From positions 128,958 through 192,957 of the IMG/VR virus record IMGVR_UViG_3300037882_002341: a DNA stretch of 64,000 bases; one strand, given 5' to 3'. The translations under genes were made by a program, and so were the position numbers. A model generated the notes under the pieces. It ran no database searches and was not told the DNA's origin. It saw only the letters and a list, made by a program, of their open reading frames with translations. This document shows, piece after piece, positions 20,329 through 31,082 of this stretch (within the stretch, counting starts at the first letter, position 1; each line of letters begins with the position of its first letter). Origin of the DNA: a virus (lineage: Duplodnaviria > Heunggongvirae > Uroviricota > Caudoviricetes).

Positions 20329-20552
20329 TTTATTCTCTCCAACCTTGACCTAGGGAAAAAAGACTTAACAAGAAGTACAACACTACCTTCTTCCAACTTT
20401 GCTTTACTACCTCTTACTAGATTGATTTCTTCTACATCGAAAGGCAAACAGTCATCAGCTATTGCTTTTGGAAAGTTAGCCCTTGTAGCAATGACAACAT
20501 CTCTACCGCCAACAGTATTAATAAACTGATAAGCTAGTGGTTCATCTACCAT
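20310..20552 (-). CDS. hypothetical protein
   Basis: 80 aa. Confidence 0.3.
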   Translation of the reverse strand: MVDEPLAYQFINTVGGRDVVIATRANFPKAIADDCLPFDVEEINLVRGSKAKLEEGSVVLLVKSFFPRSRLERIKCLQKN

Positions 20553-21016
20553 TTTCTAGGATCCGAATCCGGGGTAAGAGTAAAACCACCGGACCCACTT
20601 CCCTTTCCAGAGAAGCCAGTGGGCTCACTCTCCTTTCCAGAGAGATCTGATGAATCTAGATCGGTCAGCTTCAAAGACGGAGTAGGGTCCGAGCGTATCT
20701 CTCGTGTTTCTTTTACTTCATCACTAGGATTCTCGGGTACTTTTTCTCTATCACCAAAAGACTCATTCGTGTTCCACTCTTCAAGAACAACCGCTACCCG
20801 AGGCTTTATGCCCTTTACAACATTAACAATCAGATATCTAATGTCTTTTACAAGAGCGCCATCGGCATCCTTTAACATCTTACGCAAGTGTTCTTCGGCC
20901 TCAACCGAACTTTTGTGTCCCATAGAAAAACAAGTCCAGTTAGCCTCGTTTACTATTTCAAGACCCTGGTACATAACAGCAAAGGTATTGGCGGGTTCCT
21001 CATTATCTTTTTGCAT
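20546..21016 (-). CDS. hypothetical protein (acidic, Ser/Gly-rich C-terminus)
   Basis: 156 aa. Confidence 0.4.
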   Translation of the reverse strand: MQKDNEEPANTFAVMYQGLEIVNEANWTCFSMGHKSSVEAEEHLRKMLKDADGALVKDIRYLIVNVVKGIKPRVAVVLEEWNTNESFGDREKVPENPSDEVKETREIRSDPTPSLKLTDLDSSDLSGKESEPTGFSGKGSGSGGFTLTPDSDPRKW

Positions 21017-21962
21017 TTATCTTTGCTCCTAACTGCGTAAAAGTATTTAGATATTCAACAACCTCTGGTATCTCAGATGGCAAATTACCAGAGCTCTTTA
21101 CTATTCTCATGATATAAGAAGGATGAAAAGTTGTTAGGACAGGTACATCAACATCCTCAATACCGCTACTGTGCCATCCTTTAACACGATTAATAGAGAT
21201 ATCTCTCATATTAAGTTCAGTGTTCTTCTTAACAGCGGCCATTAATCTCTTGTTTTCAGCTAACTGTACCCAAGAATACTTACCAAGGCAAACGACAGCA
21301 ACAAGAGGATTACCTGGCCGTTCCGCAAGAGTTCTAATGATATCTATAACCCTAACTCTCTGTTCCAATAGATCAAGAGTGCTTGGTTTACCTATATCAT
21401 TTGTATTATGTACACGATCAGGGATAGTGCATACGGTGTTAATAAGCATCACATCATTAGCTCTGCTAATGCCGGATGCATTAAGAACACCACTTAATAC
21501 CTGTCCAGCATCCCCTATGAAATTAATACCAAACTTGTCCTCTTGCCAGCCAGGAGCCTCTCCTATCATGAGTACTTTAGCTGTTGCAGGATTACCAGAT
21601 CCCCAGACGAAAGTCTTCTTATTAGCATAAGGCGATAGATTATGGAGATTAAGACACAGACTATATACTTGTTCCAAAGGTGGGTTTCTAGATATCTCTG
21701 CACTAGTAACCAATTCTTGCGGAGAAATTCCCGCATGAACAGGTAAGACAATTGTATGAGACATTCTATTCATCTCCACTTGGTTAATACCAAGACCAGC
21801 AGCACCACCGGTAAAATTAAATAAATCAATAGGCTCACTAAGAGCAATAAGTTCATTGCCCCTAAGAGATTCATTACAATGGGGGCAATTAAGACTAAGC
21901 TTAGGGGTAAGTAAAACTAGATCCCTAGTAACCTTACTACTTCTATTGCCGATTTGTACCAT
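21003..21962 (-). CDS. uracil-DNA glycosylase, family 4, with ~120-aa N-terminal extension
   Basis: VLMIGEAPGWQEDKFG (motif A GEAPG) and NFIGDAGQVL (F-x-G-x-AG) are family-4 UDG signatures. CPHC cysteines are consistent with the Fe-S cluster of this family. 319 aa. Confidence 0.65.
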   Translation of the reverse strand: MVQIGNRSSKVTRDLVLLTPKLSLNCPHCNESLRGNELIALSEPIDLFNFTGGAAGLGINQVEMNRMSHTIVLPVHAGISPQELVTSAEISRNPPLEQVYSLCLNLHNLSPYANKKTFVWGSGNPATAKVLMIGEAPGWQEDKFGINFIGDAGQVLSGVLNASGISRANDVMLINTVCTIPDRVHNTNDIGKPSTLDLLEQRVRVIDIIRTLAERPGNPLVAVVCLGKYSWVQLAENKRLMAAVKKNTELNMRDISINRVKGWHSSGIEDVDVPVLTTFHPSYIMRIVKSSGNLPSEIPEVVEYLNTFTQLGAKINAKR

Positions 21963-23113
21963 GAGAATTCATCCTTCATTTTATAAGCAATAGACTCATA
22001 AGGATTTATAGAACAACTAGGGCGAGAAGCCATATGTGCAATAGCTTTTGCTATATCGGAAGAGTCAACCTGATACCAGAAACCTTCTCCATTAAAAAAT
22101 GGAGGGTCCTTGCCTAACTGAAAATTCCCACCTATACTTATCCTGTTAGAAAACCCAGTCTTGGCTTTAACAAAAGCATCATAGATACCAAAGAAATCAC
22201 TGCTTCCCGTAAGGCCAGTAGAAAGCGTTGGTATACCAAGACCAATAGATTCTCCTATTGGTAAACCCCAACCCTCACTCTTGGTTGGGAAGACCATTGT
22301 TCCAACCCCTTCCCAATCTTGAACCACATCCTCTTGCCATTTACTATGGCCGAGTATTTCTATACTACAACCCTTACCAAAGAAGTATTTCCCACCATGA
22401 TCTTTCCATTTTAAGGCAAGTAAATGGTTACGAAGACCATGGAGATTCCACCAGTTATGTCCCCAAAACTTAAAGTTAATATAAAGACCTTCAGCGTCAA
22501 GACTTTGCAGGGCATCTATTAATTCATAATGTCCTTTACGTCTTTCAAACTTACCCACAGTACCAATGGTAAGATTGGGATAACCATACACAGGGTCTTG
22601 TCTCTTGTGATCAAAATTAGCTATACCCTCTGGGACAACTTGCACCTTATAAAGATGATGAGGGAAACAATGATCAATTACCCTCTTGCCCCATATACTT
22701 GGAACCCAAATACGGTCAAATCTATCGAGTTTAACAAGCTCATTACGATAACTAAATTCTATGGTCTCATTCCCAGGATAATCTACTGGTATTAATTCAA
22801 ATACTGTATATGCAATAAGAGAAACACCCGTCTCAACAAAACTATAATTTTCATCAAACCACTGATTACATTTACGTGGTGTATCTAAAACAATAATTGC
22901 ATTAGGTTTTTCTGTAACATTCTGAGTTAGTAAGAATGAACCAATTCTCCTTGCTATATCTCTTTTGGTACTATAAGAAACAGTACCAATAGGACAGATT
23001 TGAAGCTTAAGCAAAGCAGATTCCGACAGTTGTATTAACTCATTAAGAAGATACTGAGCATGAGTACCTATACCGGTAGGATTAATAGGAGCATGGATTC
23101 TTACAGTAAGCAT
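21917..23113 (-). CDS. glycosyltransferase, GT-B fold (GT4-like)
   Basis: 398 aa; VFPTKSEGWGLPIGESIGLGIPTL is an E-x7-E type segment. Confidence 0.5.
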   Translation of the reverse strand: MLTVRIHAPINPTGIGTHAQYLLNELIQLSESALLKLQICPIGTVSYSTKRDIARRIGSFLLTQNVTEKPNAIIVLDTPRKCNQWFDENYSFVETGVSLIAYTVFELIPVDYPGNETIEFSYRNELVKLDRFDRIWVPSIWGKRVIDHCFPHHLYKVQVVPEGIANFDHKRQDPVYGYPNLTIGTVGKFERRKGHYELIDALQSLDAEGLYINFKFWGHNWWNLHGLRNHLLALKWKDHGGKYFFGKGCSIEILGHSKWQEDVVQDWEGVGTMVFPTKSEGWGLPIGESIGLGIPTLSTGLTGSSDFFGIYDAFVKAKTGFSNRISIGGNFQLGKDPPFFNGEGFWYQVDSSDIAKAIAHMASRPSCSINPYESIAYKMKDEFSWYKSAIEVVRLLGI

Positions 23114-23301
23114 TATCTACGCTTTCTTGATATAAGACTTATCTTTACAAATAACCATCGAGGGATTTCTTCCTCTCTATCAAGACAATCTTTAGCCAAC
23201 AGAATGCTTTGAAGATCAGCATCAGTAAACATGGCAGAATTTCTCTCAAGCTCTAGTACAACAGCTCTGACCTTTTCTGGATCATAACTTGGTTCGCTCA
23301 T
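23113..23301 (-). CDS. hypothetical protein
   Basis: 62 aa. Confidence 0.3.
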   Translation of the reverse strand: MSEPSYDPEKVRAVVLELERNSAMFTDADLQSILLAKDCLDREEEIPRWLFVKISLISRKRR

Positions 23302-23933
23302 GTTCTATGAAACACTCCTAACATAAGTCTCATGTGAGAATTATCTCTAAGGGGCATAAGATCTGTTGGCTCATACTTCCAATTTTTAGACTGTAATCGC
23401 TCAACAGCATATAGATCTCTTGCAAGAGAGCGTTGTTCAGCGCTAGAGAAACGCCACTGTATACCAGTGACATCTTCCATGCCCTTGGTATTTGTTTCTC
23501 TTGCTACATACCAAGAGAATGCCATAGGTATCTTACGATACTTTGGGTCAAGTGAATTGGGCAACTTTTCAAATATCTTTGAGTAGGTATCAGAACCAAG
23601 GTTCCCCATAAGATCTATCCAACCAGCTCCTACTCTTAATGCTTCGGGATAGTCAAGAAGATCCACAAGATCAGCATTAAATAACTTACACCAATAAGGA
23701 CAGTTACTTCTTGCTCTATTAAAGATACTCTTTCTTCTTTCTACACCTATACCATACTCAATTGCCCTACAGTTTTCTTTAACAGTATGAAAATCAGCCC
23801 AATTGATATTGGGTAACCCTAGGTAAATACGGTTCCCCTGAGGAACATGTCTATTAATCATCCTTGACACAGCTAGTCTAGCTTCTTCCCGTACACCACC
23901 ATGATTAAAGACAGGCATGGATAATGACGTCAT
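23298..23933 (-). CDS. hypothetical protein
   Basis: 211 aa. Confidence 0.4.
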   Translation of the reverse strand: MTSLSMPVFNHGGVREEARLAVSRMINRHVPQGNRIYLGLPNINWADFHTVKENCRAIEYGIGVERRKSIFNRARSNCPYWCKLFNADLVDLLDYPEALRVGAGWIDLMGNLGSDTYSKIFEKLPNSLDPKYRKIPMAFSWYVARETNTKGMEDVTGIQWRFSSAEQRSLARDLYAVERLQSKNWKYEPTDLMPLRDNSHMRLMLGVFHRT

Positions 23934-24493
23934 ACAAAGATACCCTTCCTTCTTTTATTCTCTATAGCAAGCTCAAACATTGGTTTAATTCTATCGCAAC
24001 CAGCATAGATAGAAGCAGAGTAACCTTTTACATAAGAAGCAAGATCTTCTGCGGTAACCCAGCCTATTAAATGTATATTTGGCATATGAATAGCTGCCAT
24101 TACATAATGATCGGCTTTAGCTGACTGTAGTACGCGTGCAGCAACCCTAAACTTTACCTTTGTCCCTGTTTCTTCTAACTTCTCATTTACCCTACCCGAA
24201 GTTAAACTTATTCTCTTGTTACCATGAGTGAAATCAAAGTCCTTCTGATAAGAGAATGACTTGATCTCCATTTTCATGAACTGATCTTCCTTGTCATAAA
24301 TATCAGCGAAGGCCATTGAAACAAGGGCTCTTTCAAATACCGATCTTATCTTATTGTCAGGAAAATCAGGATTATTTAACTTAAGTTGTGCTATCTGTCT
24401 CTGAATATAAAATATATGTTGCGGACCAACTTTAAAATCGACATAAGGTAATGGATAAATTCTTAGGCTCTTTTGTTGAAAAGAAAAGTTCAT
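23930..24493 (-). CDS. hypothetical protein
   Basis: 187 aa. Confidence 0.4.
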   Translation of the reverse strand: MNFSFQQKSLRIYPLPYVDFKVGPQHIFYIQRQIAQLKLNNPDFPDNKIRSVFERALVSMAFADIYDKEDQFMKMEIKSFSYQKDFDFTHGNKRISLTSGRVNEKLEETGTKVKFRVAARVLQSAKADHYVMAAIHMPNIHLIGWVTAEDLASYVKGYSASIYAGCDRIKPMFELAIENKRRKGIFV

Positions 24494-24502
24494 GTTTTTC
24501 TC

Positions 24503-26596
24503 TTACGTAGATGCTGGTGTAAGTCTAAATTCACCTACGCTATCTTGTATATGTAATTGAAGAATCTCAGTACCTTTCTTATTGAGCGTACTCATTTTCT
24601 TAATATTCTCATCTTTATCATTTACTATCTTGTACTTGAGTTTCACTTCTAATCTTCTGTCTTGCGCAATAATTCTTGTAGCATGCTCTGTTATAAACAG
24701 AACTTCAGAAGACATACCCTGATGTGCCAAGGCATCTAATACAAACTCATAAAGATTCTTGGCCCCAGTGCGACCACCATACTTAAGATTAAACTCCTCG
24801 TTCTTCTTGCTCGAGTTCTCTTGTACGGAAGCTATACGCTGTTCAGCTGCAACCACAGCCTCAGGACTATCGATATCTTCCCTAGCAACCATGGGTACAA
24901 ACTTCCATGTGGGTTGCATTCTACCGGTAATGCTATTCCTAATGTACTTTTGTCTACGAACATAGTGGAAGTAATATGCCCAGGCTATTCTTCTCCAAGT
25001 GTCGTGATCAAATTCATTAGCTGGTACACAGTGACTATAGGAATTTCTAAAGGCGTCCATGTCAAGATTAACAGATAGAGTACCGTCTCTTAACATCTCT
25101 TCCACAAAGCAATTTTGCAGATAGTCTTTTAATAGTCTCAGGCAATCTATTCTATCTCTATCAAGAGGTATACCCTCTGTGTTAGAGAATCTAGTGGAGT
25201 ATATAAGAATTGCCTGTACATCTATGAGTTCCGCTTCACTAAGCGTAACATCGTTAGTACCTTCCTTCTCCATTAACTGAGATATGAGCTTACGCTTAGC
25301 GCGGATCTTGGTCTTACGTTGCTTCTTAACCCTAGCAGTCTTAGGCTGATTATCGTTTATCAAACTCAGGGACCAGTCTTTAACTAATGCCCCGTATCTT
25401 CCTATCTCATCCATAACGGAGACTAAGTTAAATCTATCTTTTGTAACCTCTCCAGTTGTCGGATCTCTAATGATCCGAGCACCTCTACCAACCATTTGCA
25501 TCCATAAAGACTCACTCTTGGTTGGCCTAGTCAGGAAGATGGTATTAATAGTGGGCTCATCATAACCCTCTACGAAGATCTGGCAGTTTATGGCAACCTT
25601 AGGGGTATGCCTATCGCCTTCTTCTAACCAAGACTTAAAATCATGTCGTTCAACATCATTGGTTCCACCTGTTATGACTTTAACATCAATATCAGGATTA
25701 AGAAGCTTGAACTCTTCAGCCAAATGATAACAATGGGAAACGTTAACGGCAAAGATTAGTGTCTTACCCCAACCGTGTATCTTGTTTCCCTTGTCATCTG
25801 TCTTAAAGGAACCATCTGCCTCAGTTCTCCACACAGCATGGCGTATATACTCTTGTGCTATCTTCTTGTTACGTATTGGATTATCAAGCTGACGTAAATC
25901 TGCATCAGTGTAATCTCTCTTGCCATTAGCTTTCTCTACAGTATCTAGATGGAACTCTTGTCTTGTTCTCATCTCGTAAAGCATAGGGCTAGCGAGAAAT
26001 CCTTCTCTAACACCATCAGTAAACTTCATTTGGTAGACAATAGTCTTAAACCCAAGAGGTTTACCATCTAATCTTTCTATTGTTGCGGTAAGACCATAAC
26101 AGAAAGAAAGCATGCCACCATTCTTCATAGAAGTGAATAGATCGGCATACATATTAGAGTAACCAGTGGACTCATCTGGGGCACTAAAATGGTGACACTC
26201 ATCAATTGCCAAAACAAACTTATTAATATTCGTGCCATACAGTGCCTCAAGAGTTTCTACAAGTCCTCTTGTTGACTGAATGCTAGTAAAGATTACATCG
26301 CCTGTGGCATCCTTCTTGTTAGCAATCCACTGTGTATATCTTAGAGAAGGCTCGGCTTTTAAATGAGACTCAATTGCTTGCTTAATTAACTCATCACGAT
26401 GAGCCACCCAGATTATCTTTAAGCCAAGCTGTCTAATTACTTCAGTATTAAAATAAGAAGCAATAAATGTTTTACCCGCCCCAGTTGGTAGAACAATAAT
26501 GCCAGCATCAGTTGATCGTTTCGTAATGAACTGATCAGCCATAGCAATCAAAGCGTTCTTCTGATACGGTCTTGGCTTATCTTTAATAACAGACAT
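24503..26596 (-). CDS. SF2 DNA helicase (DEAH box; UvsW/RAD25-like)
   Basis: Motif I IVLPTGAGKTFIAS, motif II LAIDECHHF, arginine finger QMVGRGAR; 697 aa. Confidence 0.7.
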   Translation of the reverse strand: MSVIKDKPRPYQKNALIAMADQFITKRSTDAGIIVLPTGAGKTFIASYFNTEVIRQLGLKIIWVAHRDELIKQAIESHLKAEPSLRYTQWIANKKDATGDVIFTSIQSTRGLVETLEALYGTNINKFVLAIDECHHFSAPDESTGYSNMYADLFTSMKNGGMLSFCYGLTATIERLDGKPLGFKTIVYQMKFTDGVREGFLASPMLYEMRTRQEFHLDTVEKANGKRDYTDADLRQLDNPIRNKKIAQEYIRHAVWRTEADGSFKTDDKGNKIHGWGKTLIFAVNVSHCYHLAEEFKLLNPDIDVKVITGGTNDVERHDFKSWLEEGDRHTPKVAINCQIFVEGYDEPTINTIFLTRPTKSESLWMQMVGRGARIIRDPTTGEVTKDRFNLVSVMDEIGRYGALVKDWSLSLINDNQPKTARVKKQRKTKIRAKRKLISQLMEKEGTNDVTLSEAELIDVQAILIYSTRFSNTEGIPLDRDRIDCLRLLKDYLQNCFVEEMLRDGTLSVNLDMDAFRNSYSHCVPANEFDHDTWRRIAWAYYFHYVRRQKYIRNSITGRMQPTWKFVPMVAREDIDSPEAVVAAEQRIASVQENSSKKNEEFNLKYGGRTGAKNLYEFVLDALAHQGMSSEVLFITEHATRIIAQDRRLEVKLKYKIVNDKDENIKKMSTLNKKGTEILQLHIQDSVGEFRLTPAST

Positions 26597-26606
26597 ATGA
26601 CCCCAA

Positions 26607-29600
26607 CTAGTTAATTGAAATTACTCTTCCATCTACATTCCTAACAAGAGAAAAGATGTCAGAGTGATTGAATTTACCTATACTTATAACTACTTCATTC
26701 TTACTATCCTGAAGTAGTAACGATAGCTCAGTCTCCCCACTGGGTAATATAGAGAGCTTGCCCAGAAAGAACTCTGTCTTATCCTGTCCAAAACCACACA
26801 GGATTTTCTTTGGAGGAGGTGTGTCTACAGTAGGAAGAACCAAATAAAGATACTCTTGCGCAGCGTCAGATCGTTCCTTAGCTGTTGCAGGAACAATATC
26901 CTTTGGTAATTCAATATCAGTAAGACCAAAGAATTTCTGCATTCTTGCCTTACCCTTCTTAGACCGAAGGTCAGACATCTCTTCTACCATAGCAAGGACA
27001 AGATTACGCTCTCCCAGTCTATCAAATGCACCAGCATGAACAAGTCCAAGTACTACTGCTTTATTAACACCAGTAGCAAATACGGTTCTAATAGCAGAGG
27101 TAAGACTATTCAGTCCATAACGAATCTCTGGCACAGGACCAAGCTCTTTAATCTCTTTTACAATACTCTTACCTTCCTCTTTAAAGAAAGGTAACCTAAA
27201 AGGATCATCTTTCTTTGCAGCTTCCACGGCAAGTGTATTTGAGTGTAGACTCTTCTCGAGATCACTTAGTTTTCTTTCGTGTTCAAGGATCTCTTCTGGT
27301 TCTCTATCTATTATCTCTTTGATCTTCTCGAGTTTAAGACCTGCGGAGGCAACTCCACGGCATGCACCAAACCCAAGTCGAATAGAAGACGGTCCTTCAG
27401 GTACCGCATACGCCTTCGAAAACTCAATGTCTGGTGCAAGGATCGAGATTCCTTTTCTATTAGCTTCTGAAACGAAGTCATGTAGTAATCCTATACGCCT
27501 AGTCTTATCTCCCTTGTCACAAGCAATAGTTATTGCGGCGGCAAGGAACTCGACAGGGTATCTCCCCTTAATATAAGCCATTTGATAGGACAATTTCCCA
27601 TAAGCTGCTGAGTGACTTTTATTAAAACCATACTTCCCGAATGTCTCTAACATATCCCAAAGCTTATGAGTTAAGTGCTCCCCAAACTCTGGCGTAGCCC
27701 GTAGACAATCTGGTATAAAAAGATCCTTCTGCTTATCAATACCCTTCTTCTTAGCTACTGCTTTACGTAGATAGTCTGCTTGTGTGAAAGTCCAGTCACA
27801 CATAGTTCTAGCAATGAACATAATCTGTTCTTGGAATACTACTACGCCATAGGTTTCTTTAAGGATAGACTCTAGCTTTGGATGATCATATGTAACAGGA
27901 AGAAGCCTGTGCTTTCTTCTTACATACATCTCAACCATGTTCAAAGAAGAATCTGTATCTTGATAATCCAGTGGACCCGGTCTGTACAAGGCACAGATAG
28001 CGGCAATCTCGTTTAGATCCTTTGGCATAAGAGAAACACACAGTTCTCGCATGCCACTGCTGCTCATTTGCCATATGCCAGCAAGTTCACCATCACTAAA
28101 GATCTTAAGAGCTATCTCATCGTCATATGTATCATCAACTTCTTTAAGTAGCTCAAAATTAGGATTGGATCTTTTTCTAATAAACTTAATGGCAAGGTCA
28201 ATGATGGACAAGCCATCCACAACAAGAAGATCTTGCTTAAGCAAGCCTATATCTTCTAGATGATCAAAGGGAATCTCTGTGGCTATGGATGTTGGATCAT
28301 CTCTATCGTGGAGTACCAAAGGCACTAATCCATCCAGAGAAGTACCTGAGACGACAATACCGGCTGCGTGTTGTCCTCTACTAATCTTAATATCATCTAG
28401 CTTTACAGCTATGTCCAAGAATCTCTGCGCTAAGTCACCACCAGCTTCCTTGAACTTTCTAATAGTCCCGGAAGCCCTAGATCTATTATCCTCTATCACG
28501 GATGATAATCTTGTCCTAGTCTCCCCCGATTCATCATCCAACTGGGAAGAAATATCATTAACCCACTCTGGACTTAGGCACATTGCTCTACCTAATCTAC
28601 GTACGCTACCCTTGGCATGGAGAGAAGCATAAGAAGATATGCGCGCAATGTTTTCTTTACCATACTTATTAATACAGTACTGATAGATCTCATCTACTCT
28701 TTGAGGATCAAAGTCTACATCCAGATCAGCCGCTGAAGCTCTATCAGGATTAAGATAACGCTCAAACAGTAATCCATGTCGCAAAGGATCCAGGTCTGTA
28801 ATACCTAAGCAGTACACTACCACTGAACCTGCACCAGATCCTCTTCCTGGACCCACACGGATACCATTCTTATGGGCAAACTCTACATAGTCAGCCACCA
28901 TTAAATGGTAACTTTCTAGTCCCAGTTTTTCCATTACAGACAATTCATAGTCCAATTGCTTTAATGCATTGGTACGAGATTCTTTACTGCGCCATGGATA
29001 CTTATCATCACCAGGATATCTACTATCAAATCCCTCTAGGGCTTTGGCTCGTAACTTACTTATAGGAGTTTCACCAGGTTCAAGATCAATAGCGGGGAGA
29101 TTCCACTTAACTCTACCCTTCTCATCCTTTAGTGGAGAGAGATCGACTTCCTCAATCATTTCTGCCACAGCAAGAGTATTCCTTGCCAAGAAAGGATAGT
29201 CTATAAAGTGAGAAGCAATTGCCATTTCATCAGGACTCTTAAGATAAAGCTGACCTGTTATCTCATGAACACCGCCAGAGTCTTCTGATTCGTCTAAAGC
29301 AACATGATCCGCCATGGTGCCAGAGAACTTCTCATTCATGAAACCTCTGCCACCTATAGCTAATACGGCCTGTCTAGAGTCCATTGTGTCATGAGTAAGA
29401 TAATGTAAATCATTAGTCACAACCATAGGTACATTGGTCTGACGACTAACTTTCCAAGACTCTGTAAAAACTTTATGTTGAGCTTCTTTCATCCATAGAT
29501 AATCTGTTTTCTGTTCTTCTGTCATCCCAAGGAAGACACTATCAGATACCTGATGGTTCTGGACCTCAAGAAAGAAGGAATCAGGTTCAAAGATATCCTT

Positions 29601-30167
29601 CATTTTAGTTACTATAACAGGTACATTATCTAGATCGGGTGGTTGCACCAGATAAGTCTTTGTCTTCCTGTCGTAATATCGCCAGCCCAGCATATACTTC
29701 TGAGGCAATCCACCCATACATGAGGTAAGACCCACAAGACCCTCTCTGTGCTCGTATAACATCTCCAGATCGACTCTTGGGTGTCTACTGAAGTGTTGGT
29801 CCAAAGAGGCCTTACGAAGCAACAGACAGAGGTTCTGATAGCCTTTAGAGTTCTTGGCCAGTAAGATAATATGACCCGTTGGGTTATCAAAGGAGTGAGG
29901 ATGATTTATAGCATCAGCTGAGCGTAAAGCAACATAGGCTTCCATGCCAAAAATGGGTTTAATATCCCATTTCTTACACTCTTTCCAAAATTCCACCACA
30001 CCAGCCATTGTTCCATGGTCAGTAATAGCGCATGCTTTCATGCCAAGTTTACTTACCATTTCAGGTAAGCCTATTACACCATTATCGGGATCACTTTTAA
30101 TAAGTGTAGTGGCATCTCCAAGACTAAAGTGAGTATGGGCATGTAGATGAACAAATTCTTTTGGCAA
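26607..30167 (-). CDS. dnaE: DNA polymerase III alpha subunit (DnaE-type; PHP plus Pol III alpha core)
   Basis: N-terminal PHP motif FVHLHAHTHFSLGDA, 1186 aa, the GSGAGS region and overall DnaE architecture. Confidence 0.85.
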   Translation of the reverse strand: MPKEFVHLHAHTHFSLGDATTLIKSDPDNGVIGLPEMVSKLGMKACAITDHGTMAGVVEFWKECKKWDIKPIFGMEAYVALRSADAINHPHSFDNPTGHIILLAKNSKGYQNLCLLLRKASLDQHFSRHPRVDLEMLYEHREGLVGLTSCMGGLPQKYMLGWRYYDRKTKTYLVQPPDLDNVPVIVTKMKDIFEPDSFFLEVQNHQVSDSVFLGMTEEQKTDYLWMKEAQHKVFTESWKVSRQTNVPMVVTNDLHYLTHDTMDSRQAVLAIGGRGFMNEKFSGTMADHVALDESEDSGGVHEITGQLYLKSPDEMAIASHFIDYPFLARNTLAVAEMIEEVDLSPLKDEKGRVKWNLPAIDLEPGETPISKLRAKALEGFDSRYPGDDKYPWRSKESRTNALKQLDYELSVMEKLGLESYHLMVADYVEFAHKNGIRVGPGRGSGAGSVVVYCLGITDLDPLRHGLLFERYLNPDRASAADLDVDFDPQRVDEIYQYCINKYGKENIARISSYASLHAKGSVRRLGRAMCLSPEWVNDISSQLDDESGETRTRLSSVIEDNRSRASGTIRKFKEAGGDLAQRFLDIAVKLDDIKISRGQHAAGIVVSGTSLDGLVPLVLHDRDDPTSIATEIPFDHLEDIGLLKQDLLVVDGLSIIDLAIKFIRKRSNPNFELLKEVDDTYDDEIALKIFSDGELAGIWQMSSSGMRELCVSLMPKDLNEIAAICALYRPGPLDYQDTDSSLNMVEMYVRRKHRLLPVTYDHPKLESILKETYGVVVFQEQIMFIARTMCDWTFTQADYLRKAVAKKKGIDKQKDLFIPDCLRATPEFGEHLTHKLWDMLETFGKYGFNKSHSAAYGKLSYQMAYIKGRYPVEFLAAAITIACDKGDKTRRIGLLHDFVSEANRKGISILAPDIEFSKAYAVPEGPSSIRLGFGACRGVASAGLKLEKIKEIIDREPEEILEHERKLSDLEKSLHSNTLAVEAAKKDDPFRLPFFKEEGKSIVKEIKELGPVPEIRYGLNSLTSAIRTVFATGVNKAVVLGLVHAGAFDRLGERNLVLAMVEEMSDLRSKKGKARMQKFFGLTDIELPKDIVPATAKERSDAAQEYLYLVLPTVDTPPPKKILCGFGQDKTEFFLGKLSILPSGETELSLLLQDSKNEVVISIGKFNHSDIFSLVRNVDGRVISIN

Positions 30168-30169
30168 GA

Positions 30170-30382
30170 TTACTCCAGGAAATCTATCCCGTGTTTTGTG
30201 CCATGATGATTAAGACAACTAGTAACTTCTGTCTCATCATCAACCTCTAAATTTGAATCTATTAGAGCTTTATAAGCCAAGGCAGCAATACTACAGTCAT
30301 AAATACCTGGCTCATGTTGCTCAAATAAAGTCATTGTAATGATCTCATTGAGCATCTCTTCGACTGTTTCTGAATTTGACAT
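30170..30382 (-). CDS. small acidic protein, tandem paralog family D
   Basis: 70 aa; LNEII ... C ... AA ... A ... L pattern shared with 30599..30823. Confidence 0.35.
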   Translation of the reverse strand: MSNSETVEEMLNEIITMTLFEQHEPGIYDCSIAALAYKALIDSNLEVDDETEVTSCLNHHGTKHGIDFLE

Positions 30383-30633
30383 TAGCGTACCTCGACTAAG
30401 TTTGTGGCACCAAAGATATGCAGTATGCCCTCTTTATTCTCAACTACATATCGAATCTTCCCAGATAATTTTGCGAATCTTGCAACAACAATACCATCAA
30501 AAGTATAATCTCCACCTGTCTTTATGACATGTGCACCCACCACAAGATCTAAATTAGTACTCTTCTCATTTGTTCTCTTCTTCGAGCTAATAAATGGATT
30601 AGTGAATATAGTCAAAGTTATACTCCTTCCCAT
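30382..30633 (-). CDS. hypothetical protein
   Basis: 83 aa. Confidence 0.35.
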   Translation of the reverse strand: MGRSITLTIFTNPFISSKKRTNEKSTNLDLVVGAHVIKTGGDYTFDGIVVARFAKLSGKIRYVVENKEGILHIFGATNLVEVR

Positions 30634-30823
30634 ATCCAGTTAGACTTCTTACAACATCATCCTTATTGCTAATTGTAAGATTCAGAACCTCAAGAACCAT
30701 AAACGCATTACCAGCTGCCACGCACTGACTATGATCGGGGTCAGAAGCCGGCCAACCTAGAGATGCCTCAATAATCTCATTTAACAATAGCTCTATTGCT
30801 TTTTCCTTAGACTTTTTAGACAT
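30599..30823 (-). CDS. small acidic protein, tandem paralog family D
   Basis: 74 aa; paralog of 30170..30382. Confidence 0.35.
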   Translation of the reverse strand: MSKKSKEKAIELLLNEIIEASLGWPASDPDHSQCVAAGNAFMVLEVLNLTISNKDDVVRSLTGYGKEYNFDYIH

Positions 30824-30827
30824 TTAC

Positions 30828-31082
30828 CTATTCCTTTGGTCCCCAGGTAATATTACTAACAGAATAGATAGTATCCATCTTGATGTTATTGTGCCAAATC
30901 TCTACATTGTCAGAAACAACTCTGACTTCATACTCTGGATCAATAATATAGTCAAAACGTTGATGACCCTTATCTCGTACCTGGATAAGAATATACGATG
31001 TATCAGTAGGCTTGTACACAATAGGCACAGTGCTGGTACAAGCAGTAAGGATTAGAATAAAAGAAAGAAGAACCTTATACAT
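30828..31082 (-). CDS. putative lipoprotein
   Basis: 84 aa; N-terminal MYKVLLSFILILTACTS carries a signal peptide with a lipobox-like LTAC. Confidence 0.4.
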   Translation of the reverse strand: MYKVLLSFILILTACTSTVPIVYKPTDTSYILIQVRDKGHQRFDYIIDPEYEVRVVSDNVEIWHNNIKMDTIYSVSNITWGPKE